A DNA stretch of 64,000 nt from Candidatus Velthaea sp. (GCA_050012475.1 JBEKHC010000010.1:11416-75415); one strand, 5' to 3'. Counted from the first letter of the stretch, positions 48,091 to 58,190 are shown. Numbers and translations: made by a program. Notes: generated by a model from the sequence alone, not told the origin.

Positions 48091-51000
48091 ATGCTCCAGA
48101 CGGCGCGCACGGTACGGATCCATTTGTTCGGTCGGCCGCACCTCAGCGAGGATGACGTGCCGCTCAAGTTCAAGGCGCCCGCGCGCGCATTGTCGCTGCT
48201 GACGTATCTCTTCGTCCACGGCAGCGCGCCGCTCAGTCGCGACGCCGTCGCCTTCGCGCTGTGGCCTGACGATATGGAGAGCGACGCCCGCGCGAACCTG
48301 CGCCGGCATCTCTTCTATCTCACCAACGACGTGCTGCCGCCGCCCGCGCCCCACACGCCGTGGATCGTCGCCGACAAGCGCACCATCGGTTGGAACGCTG
48401 AGGCTGCGGCCTGGTGCGATCTGCGCGAATTCGAGCGGCTGTCGACGGCCGGCGATGCTTCCGAAGCCGTCGCGCTGTATCGCGGTGACCTGCTCGAAGG
48501 GTTCGAGGATGAGTGGCTCGAGGCACCGCGCGAACGCTTTCGCGAGCTGCAAGTTCGCCTGCTGCTCGACCTCATTGCCGGGAGCCGGGCGGCGAAGGCG
48601 CACGCTGCCGGAATCGGCTACGCCCGGCAACTGCTGGCCATCGATCCCTGGCGCGAGGACGGGATTCGCGCCCTCATCGAACTGCGCAATGCCAACGGCG
48701 ACCGGGCCGGCGCGCTCGCGACCTACCGCGATTTCGTCAAACGGCTGGAAGCCGAGATGGGCGTGGCACCGATGCCCGAGACGACGCGGGTCTACGAACG
48801 CGTCGCGACCATCACGGCGCCGAGCGCGCCGCTCGAAAGCGGCGACGCCGGCGGCGACGCCGGCGCCGGCGACGGCCAGCCGCCAAGTGAGGCCGAGTCG
48901 GCCGACGGCGCGTTCGTTCCCAGCCCGTTCTGGCACGCGCCGCAATCGATCAGCAACGCCGAGGCCGTGCGTTCCGTCCCGAGTTTTACCGGGCGCGAGG
49001 CGGAACTCGCGCTGCTCGAGGCCGCGCTCTGGGAGCGCACGGGACAGGCCGCGATCTTCGGGTTGGGCGGAGTCGGCAAGTCGGCGCTGGCGCGGGAATA
49101 CGCGCGCCGCAACCGCGATCGCTACGCCGCGGTGTGGTGGCTCAACGCTGAAACCGAAGCGGGAATCGTCGACGGCCTCGTGCGGCTGGGTTCGGAGTTC
49201 GTGCCGGGGCTCGCCAAGATCGAGGACCGCCGCAGCGCGGCCGAACAGGTCACCGCGAACGTCCTGAGCGGCTTGACCAAGCCGGTGCTGTTGGTTTTCG
49301 ACAACCTCGACGACGAGCGGCTCTTGCGCATCTGGGCGCCGCGTTCGGTCGCGCAGATTCTGGTCACGTCACGGCATGCGGTGCTCGGCGGCGAAATCGT
49401 CGCGCTCCGCCTGCAGACTTGGCCGCCGGAGGAAACGGTTCGCTATCTGCAGCGCGAGATCGCGCGCGACGACATCAGCGATTCCGAGGCGCTGCGGCTT
49501 GCCGAGGCGCTGGGGTTTTTGCCGCTCGCGTTGGCTCACGCCGCCGCCTATCTCAAGGGCACGGTCAACGTCAGTGCTGCGCGCTATCTCGAACGAATCA
49601 ACGATTATCTCGATCGCACGCCGCGCGGCGCCGACTACGACCGCGCCGTTTACGCGACGTTCCGCGAAGCCATCGCCCGCGCCGAAGACGAAGCGCCCGG
49701 CGCCGCCGCGCTGCTCGGCCTAGCAAGCTGTTTCGCGCCCGATGCGCTGCCCGAAGAACTCTTCCGTCAGCCGCTGGATAGCTATGAAGCGCTCGTCCCG
49801 TCGATTCCGCAGGCCGAAAAACCGGCGTTGGATCTGCGGGCCGCGACGCTCGACGCGATCGGATTAGAAGACGCCCTAGGCGCGCTGCACCGGTTCTCGC
49901 TGCTGACGTTTTCGCTCGAAACGCGCACCTACACGCTGCATCGGCTCGTTCAGTGGGCAACGCGCGCACTGCTCGCCGCCGACGCCGCAGGGTGGACGCG
50001 AAGCGCGATCGCAGCGGCGCAGGCAGCGTTTCCGGAAGGTAGTTTCGAGAACTGGACGCAGTGCGAACGGCTCGCACCGCACGCGCGCGCCGTACTCGAG
50101 CGGCTTGCCGACGGAACGTGTCTGCCGTCGGCGGCGCGGCTGGCGCTACGCTGCGGACAATACATGCGCAAGCGCGCCGCCTTTGCCGAGGCGGAAAGCC
50201 TGTTGCGCCGCGGGCTCGCCGTTGCCGAAGCCTGCAGCACGGACGAGCCGTATCCCGAGATCGCAGCCCATATCGAAGCCCTCGCCGCGCTGCTGCGCGA
50301 CACCAACCGGTCGGGCGAAGCCGAGCCGCTGCTGCGCCGCTCGATCGAACTCAGTGAAAAGATGTTCGGCCCGCAGCACCCCAATGTCGCCGTCGCGCTC
50401 AACGAGTTGGCGATCTTGCTGCACTACGCGAACCGGCTCGACGAAGCCGAAGCACTCTATCGCCGCGCCCTCGCAATCGACGAACGCACCTTCGGCTCGG
50501 ATCACCCGGCGGCGGCGCTCCGGTCCCACAATCTCGCGCTCCTGTTGCACGAGACCAACAAACCCGCGGAAGCCGAACCGCTGCTCGAATGCGCGCTGCG
50601 CATCGACGAGCGCGCTCGCGGCCCGCAGCATCCCGACGTGGCCAGCGACCTGGGGAGTTTAGGCTGGCTGATCTTCCAGACCGGCCGCGTCAACGCCGCC
50701 GAACCTTTGCTGCGGCGGACGATCGATATCCGCGCGGCGGCCTACGGGACGCACCATCCGAGCTACGCGCACGCGGTCAGCGACGTTGCGGTTCTGCTCC
50801 ACGACACCGGACGATTCAGCGAAGCGGAACTGCTCTACGGCCAAGCGCTGGCGATCTATGAGGCCAGCTACGGCGCGGACCATCCCGTCGTCGCTGCCTG
50901 TTTGAACAACGTCGCCGAACTGTATGCCGACGACGGACGGTTCGAGGAAGCCGAGAAACGGTATCGCCGCGCGCTCGGAAGCGATGAAGCGACGTACGGA

Positions 51001-51267
51001 CCGGATCACGCGAACGTGGCCCGCGACCTCAACAACCTCGCCGGTCTGCTCGCAGCGTCGGGGCGGGCGGCGGAAGCGCAGCCTTGCCTCGCACGCGCCT
51101 CGGCGATCTTGGAGCGCCACTACGCATCCGATCATCCGCGCGTTCAAATCGTCCGCGACAATGGTTTGCTTCTGGAGCACTGGCTCGCCGAGCCGCCCGC
51201 GTCGCCGCCCGCGGGCCCGGCGCGCTGGCGCAACATCCGGCGTTCGCCCTCACGCGGTCTGCGTTAG
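48091..51267 (+). CDS. SARP/BTAD transcriptional activator with NB-ARC (STAND) ATPase and TPR repeats
   Basis: LL.YL, R......LWPD, A.ANLR, LY.GDLL.G, DPWRE (BTAD); FTGRE..L, GLGGVGKS, LLVFDN, LPLAL (NB-ARC); repeated G..HP..A..LN.LA (TPR). Confidence 0.9.
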   Translation: MLQTARTVRIHLFGRPHLSEDDVPLKFKAPARALSLLTYLFVHGSAPLSRDAVAFALWPDDMESDARANLRRHLFYLTNDVLPPPAPHTPWIVADKRTIGWNAEAAAWCDLREFERLSTAGDASEAVALYRGDLLEGFEDEWLEAPRERFRELQVRLLLDLIAGSRAAKAHAAGIGYARQLLAIDPWREDGIRALIELRNANGDRAGALATYRDFVKRLEAEMGVAPMPETTRVYERVATITAPSAPLESGDAGGDAGAGDGQPPSEAESADGAFVPSPFWHAPQSISNAEAVRSVPSFTGREAELALLEAALWERTGQAAIFGLGGVGKSALAREYARRNRDRYAAVWWLNAETEAGIVDGLVRLGSEFVPGLAKIEDRRSAAEQVTANVLSGLTKPVLLVFDNLDDERLLRIWAPRSVAQILVTSRHAVLGGEIVALRLQTWPPEETVRYLQREIARDDISDSEALRLAEALGFLPLALAHAAAYLKGTVNVSAARYLERINDYLDRTPRGADYDRAVYATFREAIARAEDEAPGAAALLGLASCFAPDALPEELFRQPLDSYEALVPSIPQAEKPALDLRAATLDAIGLEDALGALHRFSLLTFSLETRTYTLHRLVQWATRALLAADAAGWTRSAIAAAQAAFPEGSFENWTQCERLAPHARAVLERLADGTCLPSAARLALRCGQYMRKRAAFAEAESLLRRGLAVAEACSTDEPYPEIAAHIEALAALLRDTNRSGEAEPLLRRSIELSEKMFGPQHPNVAVALNELAILLHYANRLDEAEALYRRALAIDERTFGSDHPAAALRSHNLALLLHETNKPAEAEPLLECALRIDERARGPQHPDVASDLGSLGWLIFQTGRVNAAEPLLRRTIDIRAAAYGTHHPSYAHAVSDVAVLLHDTGRFSEAELLYGQALAIYEASYGADHPVVAACLNNVAELYADDGRFEEAEKRYRRALGSDEATYGPDHANVARDLNNLAGLLAASGRAAEAQPCLARASAILERHYASDHPRVQIVRDNGLLLEHWLAEPPASPPAGPARWRNIRRSPSRGLR

Positions 51268-51270
51268 CAA

Positions 51271-51289
51271 GGCTCGGCTGCGCCGAGCC
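51271..51289. terminator. GC-rich hairpin between convergent genes
   Basis: GGCTCGGC-TGC-GCCGAGCC, 8-bp perfect stem; no U-tract. Confidence 0.4.
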
Positions 51290-51292
51290 CGG

Positions 51293-51946
51293 CTAGGCTT
51301 CGCGCTGCGCTTCAAAGGCACGCCGCAGGTGCGCGACGCCGAGCCGGACCCGCGACTTGATCGTGCCCGCGGGCGCGCCCAAGGCGACCGCGGTCGCCTC
51401 ATAGGTCATGCCCGCGAAATAGACGCACTCCACGGCCGCGCGCTGGTCGGGCGATAACGCCGCCACCGCTGCCGTCAGCCGCGTTCTCTCATCTTCTGCC
51501 GTCGCGACGTCTTCCGGAGAAAACTGGCCGGACGGGAGATGCTGCGCGTCGTCAAGCGACGCCGCGGCTCGCTGGGCGCGCACGTGGTCGATCGCGGCAT
51601 TGCGTGCCACGGTCGTCAGCCACGGACGCAGCCGGAGTGACTTGGCAACCAGACGGTCTGCCCGAACCCAGAGCGCGGTGAACGTCTGTTGCGCGACGTC
51701 CTCGGCGGCGTCGCAATCACGGCAGATTTGGAGCGCTGCGCTCACGACCGCCGAGCGATGCCGGCCATGCAGCTCTTCGAAGGCCGCTTGATCGTCCCAG
51801 CGGGCGACTTCGGCGAGCAGCCGCATCTCGTATGCTTCATCGATGGTTTGCGCCGGGTTGAAGCGGCGGACCGAACGCGGTTTCGCGGCCGTCGACGAGC
51901 GTGCCGGCGCGGTTTTCGGAGCGAGCGGAGAGGTGGGTGAAAACAT
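51293..51946 (-). CDS. ECF sigma-70 factor
   Basis: D..AFEEL, AEDV.Q.TF..LW, WL..VARN.AID, L...QR......YF.G.TY...A..L..P.GT.KSR.R; start may be later. Confidence 0.88.
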   Translation of the reverse strand: MFSPTSPLAPKTAPARSSTAAKPRSVRRFNPAQTIDEAYEMRLLAEVARWDDQAAFEELHGRHRSAVVSAALQICRDCDAAEDVAQQTFTALWVRADRLVAKSLRLRPWLTTVARNAAIDHVRAQRAAASLDDAQHLPSGQFSPEDVATAEDERTRLTAAVAALSPDQRAAVECVYFAGMTYEATAVALGAPAGTIKSRVRLGVAHLRRAFEAQREA

Positions 51947-52044
51947 CGGAACGGCCCTTTCGGTCGGTGACGGGCGCTGAGATCAGCGTGCTGTCAGAAT
52001 ACCGAATGAACCGTCCCAGAAGCGTCCGTTTTGCGTCGTTCGGG

Positions 52045-53889
52045 TTAGGCGGCTTCCTGTGCCGGCGCCGCCGGCAGCGCGACCTTCGCGCGCTCCGAGA
52101 AAACCGCGTCTTCGTAGTACTTGATCTTGCGTCCGTAGATCGGCGCATGCCCGGCCACGAAGACGAGCGCGTCGTCCGGCGGCAAGCGTCGGGCTTCGTC
52201 GGGGGTCAGCAGCGGCCGTTCGGTTTCGGCAACGCTGATTTGAACGTTGCCGCGGAAGCCGAGCCGGCCGCCGGAGTAGCTGCGCTGCTCGGTTCGCACC
52301 GTGGCCTGTCCGGCGAGCTTCGAGAGCAGTTCCATCGTCTCGAGTTTGTTGGGCGCGTACGCCACTTGCACGTGGCAGTTGGCCATGATCGTTTCGGTCG
52401 AGTTGGGGCCGCCGTAGGCCGCCTGCAGCTGCGCGACGTCTTGGGTGATGAGATAGCTCTTGATGCCGTATCCGGCCATGTACGCCAGCGCCGTCTGCAG
52501 GATCTCGAGTTTGCCCAGCGACGGCAATTCGTCGATCATCAGCAACAGTTTATGCTTGTATCCCGCGACGCTGCGGCCGCCCTCGAACTTCATCTCCGAC
52601 GTGAGCGCGCGCAAAATTTGGTTGAAGATCAGGCGCGTCAGCGGCTTGAGCCGGTCCATGTCCGAGGGCGGGATGACCAAGTACAAGCTCAGCGGCCGGT
52701 CGTCGTGCATGAGATCGCGCACGCTGAAGTCGCTGACGGCAACGTTGGCGGCGACGATCGGATCGCGGAAGAGCGTCAAAAAGCGGATCGCGGTCGAGAG
52801 GATGCTGCCGCCTTCTTCGGGGCTCTTGTTGAGCATGTCGCGCGCGGCCATGGCGACGACGGGATGCGTTTGCGTCGGGTAACCGCTCGCGTCGACCCAG
52901 CCGCAGGTCCCGTCCGGATCGTGCACGGTGTTGAGCATGTATTCGAACATCTGCGCGGTCGACTCGAACAGCGGGCTCGAAATGAGGTTGGCGACGGCGC
53001 CCAGTGATTTGTCGGTCTCCGCATACAACACGTGCAGCACGATCCCGCTCAGCATCGCGGCAGCGGAGACGATCCAGTGCGCGTCGTCGCCTTCAGCGCC
53101 CTTGCCGTCCGGATCGACGAGCATGTTGACGATGTTCTGCACGTCTTGAACTTCATACAGCGTGCGCAGCCGAACTTCGGCCAGCGGATTGTAACGCGCC
53201 GAACTGCCGTCGATGGACGTGGCCTCGAATTTGAGGATGCGGCTGCCGAGATCGCGCTCCCGCCAGCCGCCGGTGAGGGCGTAATTCTCGCCTTTGATAT
53301 CGTGCACCACGACCGAGTGCGGCCACGACAACAGGGTCGGCAGCACCAAACCGACGCCCTTGCCCGAACGCGTCGGCGCGAACGCCAGCACGTGCGCGGG
53401 ACCGTCGTCGCGCAAGTAGTGCACGGTGCCGCGCGGATCTTGCCAGGCCCCGACGTAGACGCCGTCGGTTTTGCCTAGCAGGCCGGTCTGCTCGATCTCA
53501 TCGCGCGACGCCCAGTGCGCCGAACCGTGGGCGTCGGTGCCCCGCTTGGTCTTGGAAGAAAAGCGCGCGCCGACGACGATCGCGATCAGCAATGCGACCC
53601 CGAGGCCGATCCCGGAAAAGAGCCAGTACTGGGCGAGGACCGAGCGCACGCGCGGATCGGCGACCGCGCGAAAACGCGTCTCCCACATCAGCCCGTCCCA
53701 GGGCGCGTAGATGTGGGGCGCGAGCGGCGCGCCCAGGGCGCGCTGGAAATTGAAATGGTAAGCGACATACTCAGTGGCGAGCCAGGCAGCGACGAACGCC
53801 AGCATGACGCCGAGTCCGACGGCGCGCATCCAGCCGTTGATCGGGTCGGCTTGGGTGTAGGTGCGGGTCGCATAGGTCGTGGATTTCAC
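52045..53889 (-). CDS. traG: Type IV coupling protein TraG/VirD4
   Basis: HGSAHWA, APTRSGKGVG.V.PTLL.W, DIKGEN, YNPL.E, LL..DE.PSLG.L, RPLLTPDE; GTG start 53889. Confidence 0.95.
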   Translation of the reverse strand: MKSTTYATRTYTQADPINGWMRAVGLGVMLAFVAAWLATEYVAYHFNFQRALGAPLAPHIYAPWDGLMWETRFRAVADPRVRSVLAQYWLFSGIGLGVALLIAIVVGARFSSKTKRGTDAHGSAHWASRDEIEQTGLLGKTDGVYVGAWQDPRGTVHYLRDDGPAHVLAFAPTRSGKGVGLVLPTLLSWPHSVVVHDIKGENYALTGGWRERDLGSRILKFEATSIDGSSARYNPLAEVRLRTLYEVQDVQNIVNMLVDPDGKGAEGDDAHWIVSAAAMLSGIVLHVLYAETDKSLGAVANLISSPLFESTAQMFEYMLNTVHDPDGTCGWVDASGYPTQTHPVVAMAARDMLNKSPEEGGSILSTAIRFLTLFRDPIVAANVAVSDFSVRDLMHDDRPLSLYLVIPPSDMDRLKPLTRLIFNQILRALTSEMKFEGGRSVAGYKHKLLLMIDELPSLGKLEILQTALAYMAGYGIKSYLITQDVAQLQAAYGGPNSTETIMANCHVQVAYAPNKLETMELLSKLAGQATVRTEQRSYSGGRLGFRGNVQISVAETERPLLTPDEARRLPPDDALVFVAGHAPIYGRKIKYYEDAVFSERAKVALPAAPAQEAA

Positions 53890-54047
53890 GGTCGTGTCTT
53901 TCCTGGGCGGAGGCGAGCAGGCGCGACGCGTGCGGCGGCGTGAACGGCCAGACGCAAACGGCGTGGAGCGAGCGTATCGCACGCGCCGTCTGCGCTGCGT
54001 CCGAGCAGCGTCGGGGCGGCGTTCGGACCCAGCCCGGCGCGACAGAC

Positions 54048-55166
54048 TTATTTCGGTTTCTGTTTGGCCGACGGCAACGTTTTTGGCAACGTTTTCGGCA
54101 ACGTTTTCGGCGCTTCGCGCGAGGCGAGATCTTTTTCATCGGCCAGCAGCGTAGCGCGAGTTAACAGCGCGGACCGGTCATTCGAGCTTTTCGACGGCAC
54201 CTCTGGCCGAACGTGATTCGTAAGCGGTGCTCGCTCGAGCGCTTCGGATGCGCCGGGACTCAAGCGCGCGGCGCTCTTGATCTGAGCCAACAACGCAGCG
54301 TCCTCGCGGCTATGCGTCTCGACATGCAGGCCATGCCGGACCGCGTGCTCGATCACGTTCCGCTTGAAATTTTCGTCGCCGCTGAAGCTCAGACGGCTCC
54401 ACTTTTTGGCTTGCGCCAGCTCGAACATCGCGCCGACCTCCGCGGCGCTGCCGCTTGCGCCCGTAACGCGGCGACCATCGTCGACGAGCCGGTCTTGACC
54501 CTTTTCAAACTGCCAGCCGCCCGAAGGCGCGGATTTTCCTTGCCAGCCGCGCAGGATCGGCGCAGAGATTTCATGGACCGCGGCGTTTTCGCCGCGCCCG
54601 GAAGCTGGAGCGCGTTCCGGCCCGTCGGCCCGCTTCGCCTGTCCGATCAACTGCGCCAGTTTCGACAGCATTTCCGACTGGCTGCGATTCCCAACCAAGG
54701 CGGCCAGAATTTCCACGGTCTGCACTGCTGACGATTTGGCGTGCGGCGTCGCCGGGGTCGGTCCCGGAGGCCGCACCGCCCGCGGCAGCGACGTTTGGCG
54801 TTTGCCGTTCGTCTCGTCCTCGACCAGCCCGGTTTTCGCACTGGACTCGGCGCCGGTGCGGCCCTGCGGGCGCAGTATCGCTAGGGCCTCGGGCGACGGA
54901 CGCTTTGGAATCGGCGGCGGCTCGCGCTTCGGTTGCTCCGCAATCTGCGGCGGATCGGACACTTTCGGAAGCTTCGACATTTCTTCGTGCGAAAGCTCGG
55001 CGCTGTTCTTGCCGTTGCGCTGACCCGTTTTCACGGATGGCGGCTCGAGGGTCGTCGGCGTTTGCTCACCGGATTGCTTGGCGTCGACTTCAGCCGATCG
55101 TTCGGAACGGTTCGGAGGATACGCTAATGAGCGCTTAGCAAACGCTGAGCGAAATCGATCAAACAT
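54048..55166 (-). CDS. Orphan protein with LPD7-like domain, candidate T4SS substrate
   Basis: Pro-rich low-complexity N-half; AMFELAQAKKWSRLSFSGDENFKR..IEHAV..GL.V resembles LPD7; basic C-terminal tail. Confidence 0.65.
   Translation of the reverse strand: MFDRFRSAFAKRSLAYPPNRSERSAEVDAKQSGEQTPTTLEPPSVKTGQRNGKNSAELSHEEMSKLPKVSDPPQIAEQPKREPPPIPKRPSPEALAILRPQGRTGAESSAKTGLVEDETNGKRQTSLPRAVRPPGPTPATPHAKSSAVQTVEILAALVGNRSQSEMLSKLAQLIGQAKRADGPERAPASGRGENAAVHEISAPILRGWQGKSAPSGGWQFEKGQDRLVDDGRRVTGASGSAAEVGAMFELAQAKKWSRLSFSGDENFKRNVIEHAVRHGLHVETHSREDAALLAQIKSAARLSPGASEALERAPLTNHVRPEVPSKSSNDRSALLTRATLLADEKDLASREAPKTLPKTLPKTLPSAKQKPK
54073..54110. repeat. 12-bp tandem repeat x3 encoding PKTL
   Basis: GGCAACGTTTTY x3. 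Confidence 0.85.
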
Positions 55167-55256
55167 GATGTGTTCTCCGTTGGTGTGCGGCGCCTACGCT
55201 TCGAAGGCCGCGCGGTGCAGCCGGGCGCGCCTCCCCGGCGCGCATCTCGGCTCGCG

Positions 55257-56375
55257 CTACTTGTGCATGCGCACGACTTGATTGACGTGCGCGACGTTCC
55301 AGCTGCCTTTGAAGTACGATAGATGGATCGACGCGGCGTCGGAGCCTTGCTGTAAATTTTCGCTGATGATCTGATCGGCTTTCGCGTTCTTGATCACCTT
55401 GGGCAGTTGTTCTTTGGTCAGGTGAAGTTCGTTACCGCTGGCATCATCGCGAAACGCCAAGCCGCTTTCGCCGGGACGTCGTTCGGCTTGCGGTTTGACC
55501 ACGAAGCGCCCTTTGAGCGCAAAGCGCTCTTTGCCCGAAAGATCGAGCCGCTCCGGCGCCTTTTCCCGCTCATCCACCTCGGGCGGTGGCGGCAGCGGAT
55601 CGTCGATGGACGGCCGCTGACGGGCGACGTCGACGTGACGCGATTCGTCGCTGGACGGCCGTTGACGGGCGACGTCGACGTGACGCGATTCGTCGATGGG
55701 CGGCCGCTTCCGGGCGACGTCGACCTGCACGCGCCCGTCTTGGCGGCGTATTTGAACGGGGAGCCCGTCGCGCATCGCCGTTTCGAGCCGCTGCATGTCA
55801 CCCGCAGCGCGCAGGTCGGCGGTGCGATACGTGTAGGTCGTGTTTCCGCTTTGTTGCGTAACGTGTGAGTCGTCCATTTTGACGATCATGCCGCGCCCGA
55901 CGAAGTCCGTGTTCAGCGAAATCTCGGGCTTCGCGCCCTCTTGGACGCGCAACAGTGTCGGGGTCGGGAGATCCTCCGCGCGGGCCGGCGGGGCCACGTC
56001 CGCGCGAGCCAATGGCGGCGCGACCTTTGCGCGGGCGCGCTCGTCCATCTCGGATTCGAGCGTATCGGGGTCCATCGCGGGCATGCGCCGCGAATCGGGC
56101 GCACGATGCAGATCGGCCAGCGCAGCAACGCCGATCGATTCGCGCGCGTACAGGTCGGGATTCGAGGCCAGATCGCGATGCTTTTCGTGCAACTCGCGGT
56201 AGCGCTCGACGTCCTTGGGCTCGAGCGGGATGCCGGCGTCGCCGAGCAGTTTGGCATAGCGCGCGATCCGCTCGGGCGCGACGCTCTCGCCAGGCAGCTT
56301 GGCGATCGGCTCGGCGGTGCGCAGACGCCACATCGCCATTGCAAAGGATGGGCGCGATCGCGCGTTCGGATTCAT
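55257..56375 (-). CDS. Orphan protein with KfrB-like segment and 15-aa repeats, candidate T4SS substrate
   Basis: G.IV..DD.HV.Q..G..... motif; VDVARQRPS.DESRH repeats; LPPPP. Confidence 0.6.
   Translation of the reverse strand: MNPNARSRPSFAMAMWRLRTAEPIAKLPGESVAPERIARYAKLLGDAGIPLEPKDVERYRELHEKHRDLASNPDLYARESIGVAALADLHRAPDSRRMPAMDPDTLESEMDERARAKVAPPLARADVAPPARAEDLPTPTLLRVQEGAKPEISLNTDFVGRGMIVKMDDSHVTQQSGNTTYTYRTADLRAAGDMQRLETAMRDGLPVQIRRQDGRVQVDVARKRPPIDESRHVDVARQRPSSDESRHVDVARQRPSIDDPLPPPPEVDEREKAPERLDLSGKERFALKGRFVVKPQAERRPGESGLAFRDDASGNELHLTKEQLPKVIKNAKADQIISENLQQGSDAASIHLSYFKGSWNVAHVNQVVRMHK
55598..55724. repeat. 45-bp tandem repeat x~2.8
   Basis: Units start at 55601, 55646 and 55691. 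Confidence 0.88.
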
Positions 56376-56477
56376 CGGTTCGACCTTTCTTGCGGCTGGG
56401 CTCTTGCAGCTCGACGAGCGCGCCGTGCGGCGACACCGGACGTGCAACTACGATGACGGACGAATGGTACGATCGGC

Positions 56478-57941
56478 TCAGCGCCGGGTGAACTCCGCCA
56501 CGCGGGCATTCCACGACGCCGACTTGCCGCATCGGCGGCGCGCCAGTTGCTGCAAGTCTTCGGCGGCGTAGAGTGCGCCGGCGACGTCGGTGGCGACGCA
56601 ATCACCGCGATCGGCGAATGCGGCGGCGAGGGTCGTCGCCAGCGCCTCGGCCCGCCGCATTTCGAGTGCGAACGTATCCGATTCCGGATCGTCGCCCCGA
56701 TTACCGTACGCGATGACGACGGCGCTTGCGGGCGGCCGTCCGAGCAGCGTTTCGATATCGGTGCGCGCTAGGACGAGCGGCCGCAGATCGGCATCGGAGC
56801 AGGTGATATCGAGAAAAGCGATATCGAGATCCACGGCCTCGAACGACAGCGAGGCCAGCCGTTGGAGCTTGCCGGGAGCACTGCGTTCTTCGTTGGAGAA
56901 CGCTCGGGCGGCGGCGAGCGGTACGATTGGATCCGCGGTGGTTCTCGCGGCTATGGAAAGTCCATCGAGTTCCCGCTCGAGGAACGTCGCGGCGAATTCC
57001 GCCCGCCACGCCCGGCTCGAGAAGACGATCAATTCATCGCAGACGCCCTGCCGATTCGAGAACCAGAGCTGCGGCGGCGGTGCGTTCCGCTGCGCGGCGG
57101 CGGCGGCGAGCGCGAAACGATCGGCACGCATCTCATTGCGCGTCGCCGACACGTAGAGTTCCTCGGCACAAAACACGGCACCGCCGTCGTCGAGCGCGAT
57201 CGACTCGGCTTCGGCGGCCAACATTCCGGCCAGCAGCATGAGGGCGCGCTCGGCCTCGAGTGCGGCTTCGGGCTTGGCCGAACGGACCACGACCGATAGG
57301 CGAAGGACGCAAACGACCGGTGCGCTCAGCAGCGTCGATTCGCCGAACGGCGCGAACGGCTCGCTCGCGACCGCTGCAACGTGCAATTGAGCGGCGCCGC
57401 GAAAGTCGAAACCCACGCCGTCATCGGTGGCCGTCACGACCGCCCCGGAGCGCTCGGCAATCGCGGACGCCAGTGCATCGAGCTCGTCCCGCGTCACTTC
57501 CGACGTCCTCAGAACGTACAGACCCGAGGCAACCTCGCGGCCGGCGGACCCGGCCGCATCCAGCCGATTGGGGCCGATCGTCTCGGTCGCGACGCCGCCG
57601 GGCCGCTGGACGATGCGCACTTGGTCGCCGATGTTCGCGGCAAAGACACCGAGTTGCGCGCGATCGTAGGCGATCCAGCGGCCCTGGCCGACGTACTGCT
57701 CGACGCGCGCGTCGTCGAGATACGTAATCGTGCCCGAACGCATGCCGCGCCCGTCCCAGAGCACGGCCTCGTCGTGCCGCGTGTTGAAACCGAACATGCG
57801 TGTCGCTGGCGTGTCGGGGATCGCCGCGTCGGCCGACGCGGCGCCTTCCGATACGGCCACCGCTGCCAAGGCGCGTCGCGCCGGCGGCGCGGAGCGATCG
57901 CGGAGCAAGGCGATGTCGCGGACGAGTTGCGCCGACGGCAT
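56478..57941 (-). CDS. Orphan protein with N-terminal KfrB-like segment
   Basis: 487 aa; GTITYLDDARVEQYVGQGRWIAYDRAQL parallels the segment in the neighbouring gene. Confidence 0.6.
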   Translation of the reverse strand: MPSAQLVRDIALLRDRSAPPARRALAAVAVSEGAASADAAIPDTPATRMFGFNTRHDEAVLWDGRGMRSGTITYLDDARVEQYVGQGRWIAYDRAQLGVFAANIGDQVRIVQRPGGVATETIGPNRLDAAGSAGREVASGLYVLRTSEVTRDELDALASAIAERSGAVVTATDDGVGFDFRGAAQLHVAAVASEPFAPFGESTLLSAPVVCVLRLSVVVRSAKPEAALEAERALMLLAGMLAAEAESIALDDGGAVFCAEELYVSATRNEMRADRFALAAAAAQRNAPPPQLWFSNRQGVCDELIVFSSRAWRAEFAATFLERELDGLSIAARTTADPIVPLAAARAFSNEERSAPGKLQRLASLSFEAVDLDIAFLDITCSDADLRPLVLARTDIETLLGRPPASAVVIAYGNRGDDPESDTFALEMRRAEALATTLAAAFADRGDCVATDVAGALYAAEDLQQLARRRCGKSASWNARVAEFTRR

Positions 57942-57945
57942 GCGC

Positions 57946-58188
57946 TTAGCGTTTGCGCGTCATGCGCGCACGAGCGGCGCGCCGGCGCTCGGTGCTGATT
58001 ACATCGAGATCGAGCTGGGGCTGGCGCGGAATTTCCTTCCAATCAATCAGTTCGGAGGCTGCGGCGCCCGTGGTTTGCGCGAGTTGCAGGCCGTCGGCGT
58101 CATGGCGTTTGCAATCGACCTGCGCGTCGGCGGCTTCTTCTGCCGCCGGGGTTTGGCGCGCGCGCAGCGCGTCGAGATAGTGCAGCAT
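57946..58188 (-). CDS. Hypothetical protein (80 aa)
   Basis: ATG 58188 after GGAG; packed tightly between co-oriented genes; Arg-rich C-terminus. Confidence 0.45.
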   Translation of the reverse strand: MLHYLDALRARQTPAAEEAADAQVDCKRHDADGLQLAQTTGAAASELIDWKEIPRQPQLDLDVISTERRRAARARMTRKR

Positions 58189-58190
58189 CT

